Shown: positions 39,709 through 49,869, counted from the stretch's first letter. The stretch is 64,000 bases of DNA from an uncultured Gammaproteobacteria bacterium (GCA_964634875.1 CAZWKA010000002.1:79590-143589); one strand, 5' to 3'. Notes: generated from the sequence alone by a model not told the origin. Translations and numbers: made by a program.

Positions 39709-40847
39709 ACTTTTTCTAATAATTCTCTTGTTTCTGAAATCATAGTCTGAACTGTAAATTGTTTAAAAAATCTAATCCTTTCGTTACTCCTTAGTAGATT
39801 ATTTGATATTTTTACTGAACCATCTAAAAATTGTTTAATTTTATCTTCTATACCTTTACTATCATTAAAATCAAACAATAAACCTGTTTCATTCTTAATA
39901 ATTATCTCAGAATTGCCTCCACAATTACTTGCAAGAATTGGCCTATTAAAACTAAGCGCTTCGAGTAAAAAATGAGATAGACCTTCGTAACCGCTATTGA
40001 GCAGGATTAGATCTGCTCCATGAATATAAGACAGTGTTTCAATTCGATTTTTATTACCAACTAATTCTACTCTACTAGCAATATTACCCTCAATAACTTG
40101 TTTCTTTAAGCTATCCATTTGCGGGCCATCTCCAATTATTTTTAATCTAACATCGTTATATTTATCAATCTTAGACAATCGGGTCATTACTCCAATAAGC
40201 GCATCCATTCCTTTCCAAGGTAACAAACGGCTAACACTCACCAACCAACGTTCGCCCTTATGAACTTTAGGCTCCATATCCTTAAATTCAACGGCATTAT
40301 ACACAACTGTAATTTTTTGCTCTTTAACCCCCCAACCCATCACCATTTTCTTTAAATAATGAGCTGGAGTAATTACCTGGTCAGCATATCTAACCACCCA
40401 AGCCTCAATCCGTCGTAAAAGCCCAACAAAGTTAAAACCTTTCTTTTGTTTCTGGAATTCATCAATTGAAGTAGTAACCCCAAAACGAACGGCACCTTGC
40501 TCCCAGGCATAATCCCCTACTACTTTAACAACAAATTTCTTGCGGCGCAGACGGCTTGCTTTGAGCGCAGGAAGCCCGGCATTAACCGGACCCATGGCAT
40601 ACACTACGTCGACATCCTTGGCATGTTTAAACAGAAGCCAAAAATATTCGGCATATCGAAGTAGTTTATTTTTGTAGTGGACCGAAAATACTGGACACGT
40701 AACAACCGACACGTCTGAATTAGGATTCAGCGAAACAATCTTTACTTCCACGCCAAGTTTTGTAAGCTCGTTAGCTAGGGTTACAGAGTACGTTGCAGGT
40801 CCACCGGACTCCGGCGGGAAAATGTCGGCCGCAATTAATAATTTCAT
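39699..40847 (-). CDS. GT4 glycosyltransferase
   Basis: FPPESGGPATY, SRLLPWKG, YEGLSHFLLEA. Confidence 0.9.
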   Translation of the reverse strand: MKLLIAADIFPPESGGPATYSVTLANELTKLGVEVKIVSLNPNSDVSVVTCPVFSVHYKNKLLRYAEYFWLLFKHAKDVDVVYAMGPVNAGLPALKASRLRRKKFVVKVVGDYAWEQGAVRFGVTTSIDEFQKQKKGFNFVGLLRRIEAWVVRYADQVITPAHYLKKMVMGWGVKEQKITVVYNAVEFKDMEPKVHKGERWLVSVSRLLPWKGMDALIGVMTRLSKIDKYNDVRLKIIGDGPQMDSLKKQVIEGNIASRVELVGNKNRIETLSYIHGADLILLNSGYEGLSHFLLEALSFNRPILASNCGGNSEIIIKNETGLLFDFNDSKGIEDKIKQFLDGSVKISNNLLRSNERIRFFKQFTVQTMISETRELLEKVCN

Positions 40848-40849
40848 AC

Positions 40850-41992
40850 TTACAGTGTTTCAAAAATTTTACGCATTTCGGCCGCAACAGTTTCCCAAGT
40901 ATATTTTTCGTTTATTAACTTGCGTGCATTTTCGGCCACGTGGTCAACTTTTGCTTTGTTTTCTTCGCGCAGTAAAAAAAGAACTTTTTCCGCAATACTG
41001 GTAGGACTTTTTACTTTACAAAACCAACCCGTTACCCCATCAATTAAAAAATCTGGAATGCCGCCTACCGGAGTCGCAATAACCGGCGTGCCTGCGGCCA
41101 TAGCTTCAAGAAACGAATTACCAAGACCCTCTGATAGGCTGGGACGACAAAAGACATTACTGGCCCACAGATACCGCGGCACTTCGTCGTGCGATTTGGA
41201 ACCCAAAAAGTGAACGCGCTCGGTGACTTTATTTATAACAGCCAACCGGCGCAATTCACTTTCTAGTTCGCCACTACCCGCGATAACTAGGCAAACAGAG
41301 TTCGGCAAATGGTATAAACTTCTAATAATGTCCCCTACTCCGTTTTTGGGCACTAATCGAGAAACGGTAAAAATTATTTTGCTATCAAGCGGAATACCGA
41401 GCTCGCTTCTAACGCTGGTCACCGCTTTTTCACGAACAGCGGAATCAGTTTGCTGAAAACGCTCGATCATAACACCGTTTGGTATGACGCTGACAAAATT
41501 CTTCGCACCCAACTTTACCGCCCAATTTTTGAGCGTGCTGCTGATAGCTTGGATACGGTTAGCAGCCGTAAAAATCTGTTTGAAATACCACCAGCACCAC
41601 CAAACATGCTTATAAATGTGCCACTTACTATCACCTTCCTGCAGCGTAAGGAGGAGTGGCACGGTAGGATGTTGTTTTTTATATCGGAGGGCAGCAAAAC
41701 CACCATAGCTCGCCATAATTGCCCAGGTCGCATCAAAACCACCTAATTTTGCTGCTGCCTTAGGACCACTTAGGATTAAACGGAATTTATCAAAGGCAGT
41801 ACCCCGCCCGATACGATGGACGAGGACTGACCCTATTTTTTCTTCAACCGGGAGCTGAGGGTCAAGACGGGCAGTGATCATTTCAAAGGTAAAATCCGCC
41901 CCAAGCCGGTCGGTGATTTCTTTGACTGCCACTTCAGCACCACCTACAGCTGGAAAATATGCCGGGGAAAAAATAAGGATGCGTTTTGCCAT
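40850..41992 (-). CDS. GT4 glycosyltransferase
   Basis: PAVGGAE, SRLVPKNG, SEGLGNSFLEAMAAG. Confidence 0.92.
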   Translation of the reverse strand: MAKRILIFSPAYFPAVGGAEVAVKEITDRLGADFTFEMITARLDPQLPVEEKIGSVLVHRIGRGTAFDKFRLILSGPKAAAKLGGFDATWAIMASYGGFAALRYKKQHPTVPLLLTLQEGDSKWHIYKHVWWCWWYFKQIFTAANRIQAISSTLKNWAVKLGAKNFVSVIPNGVMIERFQQTDSAVREKAVTSVRSELGIPLDSKIIFTVSRLVPKNGVGDIIRSLYHLPNSVCLVIAGSGELESELRRLAVINKVTERVHFLGSKSHDEVPRYLWASNVFCRPSLSEGLGNSFLEAMAAGTPVIATPVGGIPDFLIDGVTGWFCKVKSPTSIAEKVLFLLREENKAKVDHVAENARKLINEKYTWETVAAEMRKIFETL

Positions 41993-42004
41993 ATCTAGTA
42001 GAGT

Positions 42005-43690
42005 TTAGGGGGTTTGAGTAACATGATACACCTTAAAAGCCACCTCTCCATCGTCACGGTAAATAACTACAGGCATAATATTAAGATCAATAATTTTTTT
42101 CTCCATATCCGCTGCGAGAGTTGAGGCGGCTGTTACGGAATCTAGTGGGGCACCATCTTCTGCCTTGATAAAATAAAAACTGCGGATCCCGAGCTGGTTT
42201 AACAGGTAATCTTCGCTTATCGAAATAACCGGTAGATTATTATAGAAACGGCGGCGTTCAAACAACCATACGCGCGAAAACCAGTTAATGCGGTCGTCAA
42301 AAATAATAACTGTAGCCTGTTTAAGGTTCTTAGCCATTATTTCTAAGGTAGTTTCCAAGAGGTACGGTTCTAAATTTTTTTGTTTGATTTTGATATCGCC
42401 ATACGGATCAAACCGGGTCAGCTCAGGGTCAGCTTCGACAAGCTTGTCTAAATACGCATCAAGTTGCGCAACACCAAAATTTTGAGAAGCAGCGGCACTT
42501 TTAGCCAAACCAACCGAACCATAGTGGCGAGGCATTACGTGACTATTTAAAGTAAAAAATCCTAAGTATATCCCAAAAATAATTGAGGAAGCTAAAAATA
42601 TATTTTTTCCTCGTACTGCGTGCCAGGCAATCAACCGCTCTCGGACATCAACTGCGGCCAGAGCAATAAGCGGTGCAAACAAAACCGCATACATTGAAAG
42701 GACATACCCCTGCTGCCCAATAAAAAATTGTTGGATTGTAAAAAAGAGGATTAATGACAAATACAAAGTAAGGCGGCGCTTACTCCAGAGTGTAAAAATA
42801 ATTGCGGCCAGCGCTAACGCTAAAAAGGGCCACGAAATAAAATGAGCTAGATTGATGAAAATCTGGACAAAACCAAAAGGTGAAAAGCCGGAGACCCCGG
42901 CCAAATGCCAGGGGCTATCTTGACCGAAAAGACGTGCGAACTGGAGAGAAAAATGTCCAGTTGCTTCGAACATCAGAAGGTTATAAAAAATTACCGGCAA
43001 GAGAACAACAACACTTAACCCAAGAGCTGCATACAGTTTAGCTTCGCGAAGCAGCTGACGATTATTACAAGCGACATAGAGCAGAAGACCTGGAATTAAA
43101 AAGAGGGTAGTAAATTTAACCGAAAGAGCCAAACCAAAAGCAAATCCAAACTTCCACCAGCTGGCTCGGTTTGTTTCAAACTGGGTAAAATAATACAAGC
43201 AGAGCGCGATACAGAACATGACTCCGCTTTCGAGGTACGCTACCCGTCCAGCCCAAATAAAATGCGCATTGAGGACCAAAAAGAGCGTGGCACCAAGGGC
43301 AGCCCGAGGTTCTTGACGCTTCACCACATGGTAAAGAACAAAAATAGTTCCCAGAGCAAACAAAACAGAAGGAAGCTTGGCGAAGAAACCATTGGCATTT
43401 ATTGACAAAAACAGATGCTGGACTAAAAATAGTGGCTTTGGATGGTCGTGGAATGAAAGCCCAGCCCACCGTGGTACAATATCAAACCACTGGATCGGCG
43501 TCGACTGAAACTGACCATCGCCAAACATAAAATCGACGGGCCCAATGGCTCGCACACTGTAATGAGCGTCGTCGCCCACCATATCGACATGGGTCACGCG
43601 AAACAAAAGTACAGCGGCTACCACCAGGATAATCGCGAGGAGCGGACGAGGCAGCTTTTCGACGGAAGAAGAAAGCTTGCGGCCTGACAT
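42005..43690 (-). CDS. ArnT/PMT-like GT-C glycosyltransferase
   Basis: GDDAHY, HDHPKP, multiple TM, SVKFT, soluble C-terminal domain. Confidence 0.72.
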   Translation of the reverse strand: MSGRKLSSSVEKLPRPLLAIILVVAAVLLFRVTHVDMVGDDAHYSVRAIGPVDFMFGDGQFQSTPIQWFDIVPRWAGLSFHDHPKPLFLVQHLFLSINANGFFAKLPSVLFALGTIFVLYHVVKRQEPRAALGATLFLVLNAHFIWAGRVAYLESGVMFCIALCLYYFTQFETNRASWWKFGFAFGLALSVKFTTLFLIPGLLLYVACNNRQLLREAKLYAALGLSVVVLLPVIFYNLLMFEATGHFSLQFARLFGQDSPWHLAGVSGFSPFGFVQIFINLAHFISWPFLALALAAIIFTLWSKRRLTLYLSLILFFTIQQFFIGQQGYVLSMYAVLFAPLIALAAVDVRERLIAWHAVRGKNIFLASSIIFGIYLGFFTLNSHVMPRHYGSVGLAKSAAASQNFGVAQLDAYLDKLVEADPELTRFDPYGDIKIKQKNLEPYLLETTLEIMAKNLKQATVIIFDDRINWFSRVWLFERRRFYNNLPVISISEDYLLNQLGIRSFYFIKAEDGAPLDSVTAASTLAADMEKKIIDLNIMPVVIYRDDGEVAFKVYHVTQTP

Positions 43691-43699
43691 ATTAAAAAA

Positions 43700-44650
43700 C
43701 TACTTAAGTGCAGCGAGCCGCGCTGCAAAATCGGCTATGGTCTTTTCAAGGCCTGTTTTTAGATCAATCGTTGGCTGCCAAGCGAGCAATTGCTTCGCAA
43801 GAGTTATATCTGGGCAACGCTGCATCGGGTCGTCAACTCGAAATTGACCGCTATACACAAGCTTGCTCGAGCTGCCGGTGAGCGCCAAAATCCGCTCGGC
43901 AAATTCCCGAATAGTTAATTCAACTGGATTACCCAAATTAATCGGCCCCCGCACTTCACTTGGTGTGGCCATCATTTTTAAAATACCATCGATAAGATCA
44001 TCAACATAACAAAAACTGCGCGTTTGTGAGCCGTCACCATCAACTGTCAGGTCCCTACCCTCTAAAGCTTGTACAATAAAATTTGAAACAACTCGCCCAT
44101 CATTAAAGGCCATCCGCGGTCCATAGACATTAAAAAGACGGACCACTTTAATGTCCAGACCATGCATCCGGTGATAATCAAAAAAAAGTGTTTCTGCGCA
44201 ACGTTTACCCTCGTCATAGCAGGCCCTCGGGCCAATAGGGTTAACATTCCCCCAATAGGTTTCTTTCTGCGGGTGAACAGAGGGATCACCGTAAATTTCT
44301 GAGGTGGAAGTTTCCAGGATGCGGGCGCCATGCTTACGCGCCAAACCGAGCATATTGATAACTCCAATAGTATTGGCCTTAATCGTGTGCACTGGATTAT
44401 ATTGGTACTGCACCGGTGAAGCGGGACAAGCGAGATTATAAATCTGATCTATTTTTTCTTCGGTGAAAAAAGGCTCGACAATGTCGTGTTCAATAAACGT
44501 AAAATTCTTGTTTGGCAGCAAATGAGCTATGGTGTCTTTGGAACCAGTAAATAAACTATCAAGACAGACCACTGCATGACCCAAAGTAAGCAACCGTTCA
44601 CAAAGGTGTGAACCAATAAAACCAGCGCCTCCCGTTACCAAAATGCGCAT
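43700..44650 (-). CDS. uxs: UDP-glucuronate decarboxylase (UDP-xylose synthase)
   Basis: [42 protein letters not shown]. Confidence 0.93.
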   Translation of the reverse strand: MRILVTGGAGFIGSHLCERLLTLGHAVVCLDSLFTGSKDTIAHLLPNKNFTFIEHDIVEPFFTEEKIDQIYNLACPASPVQYQYNPVHTIKANTIGVINMLGLARKHGARILETSTSEIYGDPSVHPQKETYWGNVNPIGPRACYDEGKRCAETLFFDYHRMHGLDIKVVRLFNVYGPRMAFNDGRVVSNFIVQALEGRDLTVDGDGSQTRSFCYVDDLIDGILKMMATPSEVRGPINLGNPVELTIREFAERILALTGSSSKLVYSGQFRVDDPMQRCPDITLAKQLLAWQPTIDLKTGLEKTIADFAARLAALK

Positions 44651-44664
44651 ATTTAATGTAGATA

Positions 44665-44714
44665 TTGCTTAAAATTTATAAAGATAGTATGCTTTATTTA
44701 GCCCAAAAAGTCAA
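44665..44714. promoter_or_regulatory. Overlapping divergent promoters (uxs / GT4)
   Basis: Plus TTGCTT-N17-TATGCT (44665-44693); minus TTGACT-N17-CATACT (44714-44686). Confidence 0.45.
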
Positions 44715-44715
44715 T

Positions 44716-45897
44716 ATGAGCAAAAAAATAAAAATACTCTACGTTATTACCCAAGGCGCATGGGGAGGTGCCCAGCGCTACGTCTTTGATCTGGCCACAA
44801 ATCTTGGGCAGGATTTTGATATTTATATTGCTGTCGGCGAAGATACAGGACCGCATGATTTGCAAAAAAAACTAGAAGATTGGCAAGCGGAACATGCGCA
44901 GACAACTTTTACTATACTTTCGCTTAAGCACCTCTACCGCTCAATTAAGCCAACAGAAGACCTGCTCGCCGTCCTTGAACTTGCCAGAGCCTACCACCGC
45001 ATTAAACCTGACATCGTCCATTTAAACAGCACCAAGGCAGGCATCGTGGGATCCTTGGCAAAATGGGGGCGGTTTTTACGAAAAATGTCTGTAGTATATA
45101 CAGTTCACGGCTGGGTATTCAACGAACCGCTTAATCCTAAGGTTCGTTGGTTCTATGTTTGGCTTGAAAGATTGACTGCCAGTTTTAAGGAAAAAATTAT
45201 TGTTCTTTCTGAACCAGACCACCTCGACGGCCAAAAAGTCTTAGAAATTCCTCCAAACCGCTTTGCCACCATTCCCCTCGGTATTGACCCGCCAGAACCA
45301 GCGTGGAGCCCAATAAAGGCCCGAGAAGTCCTCGGTGCCTATCTCAGCATATCATCCCAAACACCACGACGATGGATCGGTACTATCGCTAACTTTTACC
45401 ACACCAAAGGGCTGGATATTTTGGTAGAAGCGGTTGCCAAAATCAAAGACCGTTTACCACCAATTTTATTTACATTTATTGGTGAAGGTCCTGGCCAACT
45501 ACTTTTGGAAACATTGATTAAAAAACATGAATTAACGGATACTATTTACCTCTCCGGTAGCTTAGAAAATGCCGCCAGTCTTATTCCGGCTTTCGACCTT
45601 TTTATAGTACCGTCCCGCAAAGAGGGCTTACCTTATGTTATCTTAGAAGCAATGGCTGTAGGTTGTCCGGTCATAGCTACGAAAGTGGGCGGTATTCCCA
45701 CCCTTATTGAGCATAAAAAAACCGGCCTCCTCGTTGACACACCAGAAGCCAGTTTGCTAGGGGAACAAATACTGTACGCCATTGCGCACATGGATGAAAT
45801 GGAAAGTTTTGCCAATCAAGCCAAAGAAAAAAGACAGTACTACACGCTTCCAACAATGACAGAAGGCACTAAGGCTATCTATTACTCCCTGACGTAG
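44716..45897 (+). CDS. GT4 glycosyltransferase
   Basis: WGGAQRY, HLNSTKAG, TVHGW, KEGLPYVILEAMA. Confidence 0.92.
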   Translation: MSKKIKILYVITQGAWGGAQRYVFDLATNLGQDFDIYIAVGEDTGPHDLQKKLEDWQAEHAQTTFTILSLKHLYRSIKPTEDLLAVLELARAYHRIKPDIVHLNSTKAGIVGSLAKWGRFLRKMSVVYTVHGWVFNEPLNPKVRWFYVWLERLTASFKEKIIVLSEPDHLDGQKVLEIPPNRFATIPLGIDPPEPAWSPIKAREVLGAYLSISSQTPRRWIGTIANFYHTKGLDILVEAVAKIKDRLPPILFTFIGEGPGQLLLETLIKKHELTDTIYLSGSLENAASLIPAFDLFIVPSRKEGLPYVILEAMAVGCPVIATKVGGIPTLIEHKKTGLLVDTPEASLLGEQILYAIAHMDEMESFANQAKEKRQYYTLPTMTEGTKAIYYSLT

Positions 45898-47926
45898 ACG
45901 ATACCACGAGCGCTTCAACCTGGCGCGCCTGGTCGTTAAATACTAATCCCCGTTCACGGGCGAGCGCCAAAATTTGGCGCGCTTTTTCGTTTTGACCCAT
46001 TAATTGATAGAGATAAGCAAAACGCCAATAGGTTTCTAAAATTTTCGGGTTGTCGTCAAGGGCTTGTTCCATGAGTTTGATGGCTTCGTCGTTTTTACCC
46101 AGCTGCAGTTTGAAATTAGCAAGCGTGTAGAGGAATTGCTGGCGGCGTGGCGAATAACTAAGACCAATCGTCATAAAACGTTCGGCATCCGTTATAAAGC
46201 TTGGATTATTGGTAACAGCAAAGCCAATCTGGCCAAGCTGCGAAAGAAGCAGGTACGTGCGTACGTCTGCGGGGTGGAGCCTCACGTTCTCTTGTAGGGC
46301 GCTATAAGCGGTATCAAGCAACGCAGTACTGTCAGCTTTAGGCAGTTTTTGGTAATTGTCACCAAGAATATCGGTCACTGTACGAGCAATATCACCACGG
46401 ATATCATCAACATGTGGCGAATTGAAAGCAATTGCTTCCTTGGCGGCAGCAAGACCTGTGGCTGGATTACGCGAGAGTTGCTGTAGGGCAAAAAGGGTTT
46501 TTTGGTTTGCCCTGGCTGGTTGAATATTAAATACAAAAATAAGCAACATACCAGCGCCGCCGACAATAGCCACAGACACAAATCCGACATTTCGGTCAGC
46601 ATTTTTGGAGACTCGCTCGCCTGTTTCTTCTAGCTCTTCCGCATAGAGCGGGCTACCCAAACGATTAACCATGGCCAGCCAAAAAACAAAATACAAATAG
46701 GACGTTGGATTTTCAAAAACCGTAATATTCTGGACAAGATGAGCGACCAGAAAACCAGTTCCCCAGGCAATCAAGTGGATACGCTTACCCCTGCTTTCCG
46801 GCCGTTGCCAAAGGGTTACGACAGCTAAAATAAAAATTCCCAGATATGCCAGCACCCCAAAAATACCTTGTACAGTAAGAGTATTCACTACTATATTATG
46901 GGCGTTATCAAACCATGTTTCTCCGTAACCGTATTCCAGCGAACGTGGGTTATAGTATTTGTTGAAAGCATAAAAAAAGTTATTTGGCCCCCAGCCAAAA
47001 ACCGGACGTTCCTTCCAACTATCCACACCGATTTTCCAAGCAATAAAACGCGTATCACCTGTCCCGCTCTTCAAAGAAGTACCAAGAAGACGTCCGATAG
47101 CCGGCAGGTTTTGGACAAAGGGTACGTGACGGAAAGCAAAGAGCACACCTACGAGCAGGACGCCTCCACCCATAACGCCATAAATAGTTAGTCGTAATTT
47201 TTTATTTTCTTTAAGTAAAAAGCTATAGCTTACAAAAACAACAAAGAGACCTGCCAGTAAACCTAAAACCGAGCCGCGGGTGCCACTGAAGAGCAACCCC
47301 AAGAGACTAAGAAGACCAAGGGCTGCATAGAGTGCCCGCAGAGCATTGGCTTTTTCTTTGAAGAAAAGAAGCATAGCCACAAAAAAGAGGAACAACCCAT
47401 AACCACCGACATAAATGGCGTTACCGAGCGTGCTAGCAACACGATCACTGCCCTGGTTTAAAAGAAGTTCGGGATTAATTTTTTGCATTACTCCAATTAC
47501 CATTACCAAGGAACCAGCAACTAAAAACACTTTAAGCGCCTGCTTCCAATCAGACCAATTTTTAAAAACACTTGTACAAACAAAGTAGTAGATAACGTAA
47601 TGGACGATCGTAAACAAGCCCAACATGCGTTCGTGGTTATCCCAAAAACTGTGATACGTATCAACACCCGTAAACGTTGAAAGCGCAAAACTTAAAAGAA
47701 ATGTGCCTAGCGCTAAACTGACAGCTGTAAATCGTGGACGATACACTTCATAGTTCGCCAACAGCAAAAGTACATATCCGCCAAGCATTGCGATAACAAG
47801 CGATCGGAACAAAAGCACCTTAGGGACAATAAACGGAAAAATAAAAGAACTTGGCGCAATAATTAAAGGAATGAAAAAAGTGGCATAGATAAGTAATTTT
47901 ACGACCCGCTCAATGGTTAATCTCAT
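45875..47926 (-). CDS. O-antigen ligase (Wzy_C) family protein with C-terminal TPRs, candidate protein O-oligosaccharyltransferase
   Basis: STLGN, SGTRG, R..AW....RPVFGWG, FDNAHN; helical TPR-like tail. Confidence 0.82.
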   Translation of the reverse strand: MRLTIERVVKLLIYATFFIPLIIAPSSFIFPFIVPKVLLFRSLVIAMLGGYVLLLLANYEVYRPRFTAVSLALGTFLLSFALSTFTGVDTYHSFWDNHERMLGLFTIVHYVIYYFVCTSVFKNWSDWKQALKVFLVAGSLVMVIGVMQKINPELLLNQGSDRVASTLGNAIYVGGYGLFLFFVAMLLFFKEKANALRALYAALGLLSLLGLLFSGTRGSVLGLLAGLFVVFVSYSFLLKENKKLRLTIYGVMGGGVLLVGVLFAFRHVPFVQNLPAIGRLLGTSLKSGTGDTRFIAWKIGVDSWKERPVFGWGPNNFFYAFNKYYNPRSLEYGYGETWFDNAHNIVVNTLTVQGIFGVLAYLGIFILAVVTLWQRPESRGKRIHLIAWGTGFLVAHLVQNITVFENPTSYLYFVFWLAMVNRLGSPLYAEELEETGERVSKNADRNVGFVSVAIVGGAGMLLIFVFNIQPARANQKTLFALQQLSRNPATGLAAAKEAIAFNSPHVDDIRGDIARTVTDILGDNYQKLPKADSTALLDTAYSALQENVRLHPADVRTYLLLSQLGQIGFAVTNNPSFITDAERFMTIGLSYSPRRQQFLYTLANFKLQLGKNDEAIKLMEQALDDNPKILETYWRFAYLYQLMGQNEKARQILALARERGLVFNDQARQVEALVVSSTSGSNR

Positions 47927-48013
47927 AGCCGATAAAGATAAAAATATACCTATAGTTTATCGATTAAACGACGGAAAGTCAAAAGCACTTTCATAAACAG
48001 ACTTGCTATACGA

Positions 48014-48042
48014 TTGACAAAATGAGCCTTATGCGATATGAA
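48014..48042 (+). promoter_or_regulatory. Putative sigma70 promoter of orphan ORF
   Basis: TTGACA-N17-TATGAA. Confidence 0.4.
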
Positions 48043-48064
48043 AATAGTAGCTGTGGAGGCACCC

Positions 48065-48523
48065 GTGGAAAAAAACCAAGCTTACTGCACCGTCTTTCCG
48101 CCCGTTTCTCAATTCTGGTTCACGCTGTCATGGGGATTGCGCGGCTGTAAGGACGCGATTATGCGCGAACTCGCCATACTAGTGAAAACCCATCGCCGAC
48201 TCCTCGAAGAGTCCTTTCGGCGCACTTTCGATGAGCGCGACCCGGCGAAGCGAGATGTTTGCAAACAGTACCTGGCGCGACTAGAAGAATCATACGACAA
48301 AACCCAACGTGCCTATGATGATATTGCCAGCTGGAGAGCACGAGGCCCCACAGGAGCGAAACTGCTCGTTACAAAGCAGGCTCAAGATGAGCAGCAGGTC
48401 AGAATATCTTTTTCTTATAGCGATGAACGAGGCAGTTGGCTTGTAGCCTTGCGCTGGCCGAAACCGCGCATTACTTCAATTAAGCCGGCCTTCAGCATCA
48501 GCTTCGAACCCCCTCCTGCCTAA
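48065..48523 (+). CDS. Hypothetical protein
   Basis: ORF with GGAGG (48055-48059) before an in-frame GTG, own promoter and terminator; no recognised motif. Confidence 0.55.
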   Translation: MEKNQAYCTVFPPVSQFWFTLSWGLRGCKDAIMRELAILVKTHRRLLEESFRRTFDERDPAKRDVCKQYLARLEESYDKTQRAYDDIASWRARGPTGAKLLVTKQAQDEQQVRISFSYSDERGSWLVALRWPKPRITSIKPAFSISFEPPPA

Positions 48524-48565
48524 GCCCTTCTCCTCAGGTCCCCTATAAGGCTGCACCTGAGGAGC

Positions 48566-48603
48566 TAAGCAAAAAAGTTCTCAGCTGAGAACTTTTTTGC
48601 TTA
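48566..48603. terminator. Bidirectional terminator, perfect 38-bp palindrome
   Basis: TAAGCAAAAAAGTTCTCAG|CTGAGAACTTTTTTGCTTA between convergent genes. Confidence 0.8.
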
Positions 48604-49005
48604 CCACTCAAACGTATGTCGTAATTTTTTGACCAAAGAAGTGCGGCGCTTATTTTCGCCACGCCTTATCGCAGAAGCCTTAGTCGGCATGGTTTTTTGC
48701 CGGGTTTTCGGTTTTTTAAGCGCCTCGGCAACCAACTGGTTAAGCCGCTTAATGGCGGCTTCTCGGTTTTTAGACTGCGAACGGGTTTGTTCGGAGGCAA
48801 TCACCAATTCATCTCGACTGTTAAGGCGATTAGCAAGCTTATGACGGATACGCTCTTTCTGCTCAAGAGAAAAGGCCTGAGAGGTGCCGACCTGCCAATG
48901 AACAACGACTTTGGTAGCTGTTTTATTAACATTTTGCCCGCCAGGACCTGAAGCACGGGCGAAATTAATGGTAATTTCAAAAAGTGGAACGGGATGAATT
49001 GACAT
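48601..49005 (-). CDS. arfB: Alternative ribosome rescue aminoacyl-tRNA hydrolase
   Basis: ASGPGGQNVNK, RSQSKNR, basic C-terminal tail (KKPKTRQKTMPT...). Confidence 0.93.
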   Translation of the reverse strand: MSIHPVPLFEITINFARASGPGGQNVNKTATKVVVHWQVGTSQAFSLEQKERIRHKLANRLNSRDELVIASEQTRSQSKNREAAIKRLNQLVAEALKKPKTRQKTMPTKASAIRRGENKRRTSLVKKLRHTFEW

Positions 49006-49066
49006 GGAAAGAAAACTAAATACCTTCTCTTTTTAAAGAAGCATTTATAAAGGCGGTGTTAAAATT

Positions 49067-49090
49067 AAAAACAACCTTTCGGTTGTTTTT
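49067..49090 (-). terminator. Terminator-like hairpin upstream of arfB
   Basis: AAAAACAACC-GAAA-GGTTGTTTTT followed by AATTTT on the minus strand. Confidence 0.6.
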
Positions 49091-49161
49091 CCCCCTCCGC
49101 TTTCAATAGTATAAGTATAGCAAAAGAACCAACCAAAGGTAAGTAAAAATGTGGATAACTT

Positions 49162-49860
49162 TTAAGATTCGGCAGCAATTTTTTCTTTTAACTCCTCAAC
49201 GATTTTTTGGTACCCATTGCTCGGTAAATTTTCAACTAATACCTCGTAGTCTTTAAGTGCCGCCCGGTTATCACCAACACGTCGCAAATAAGAGCCACGA
49301 GCCGCAACAAGAGCTATGGGATTAAATAATTTTTCAATACCTTGTTTAAAGACAGCGAGAATTTCCTCCTTGCTCTTATGCATTTTGTAATCGTACAAAG
49401 TTGCCAGACTAATATACCCACTTTCATCCCCGGGTGAAATAGCGATTACCTGACGGTAATCTTGTTCGGCTCGGGCATAATCCTCGACAATTTCAGCAAC
49501 CTTGCCGTGATTTAAATAGAACAAAATGTTCTTAGAACCAAACCGCTCAATGCCTTCGTTGTATATTTTTAACGACTGCTCGTAAAAATCCCTTTGCCGA
49601 CGCGGAGCGAGCTCACCCAGACTCTTCCAGTTTAAACCGAGCGCCAAGTAAGCCGAAACTTTTTCGGGGTCTTCTTTAATTACCTGCTCATCTTTTTTAA
49701 TCTGGTCAGTGATAGCTACCAGGTCAGGGCGATCTTTAACAGCGGCCATAAGGCCGTGTTTGCTTTGTCCAAATATACCTTGATACCAAAGCCCAAAAAT
49801 AACCACCCCTGCCACCACGACACCAAGTATTCCGAGAAAATAAAATTTTTTGTTATTCAT
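49162..49860 (-). CDS. Membrane-anchored tetratricopeptide repeat protein
   Basis: N-terminal TM; TPR-like repeats (AYLALG, YARAEQDYRQVIAISP). Confidence 0.75.
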   Translation of the reverse strand: MNNKKFYFLGILGVVVAGVVIFGLWYQGIFGQSKHGLMAAVKDRPDLVAITDQIKKDEQVIKEDPEKVSAYLALGLNWKSLGELAPRRQRDFYEQSLKIYNEGIERFGSKNILFYLNHGKVAEIVEDYARAEQDYRQVIAISPGDESGYISLATLYDYKMHKSKEEILAVFKQGIEKLFNPIALVAARGSYLRRVGDNRAALKDYEVLVENLPSNGYQKIVEELKEKIAAES

Positions 49861-49869
49861 AAAAAAGTA

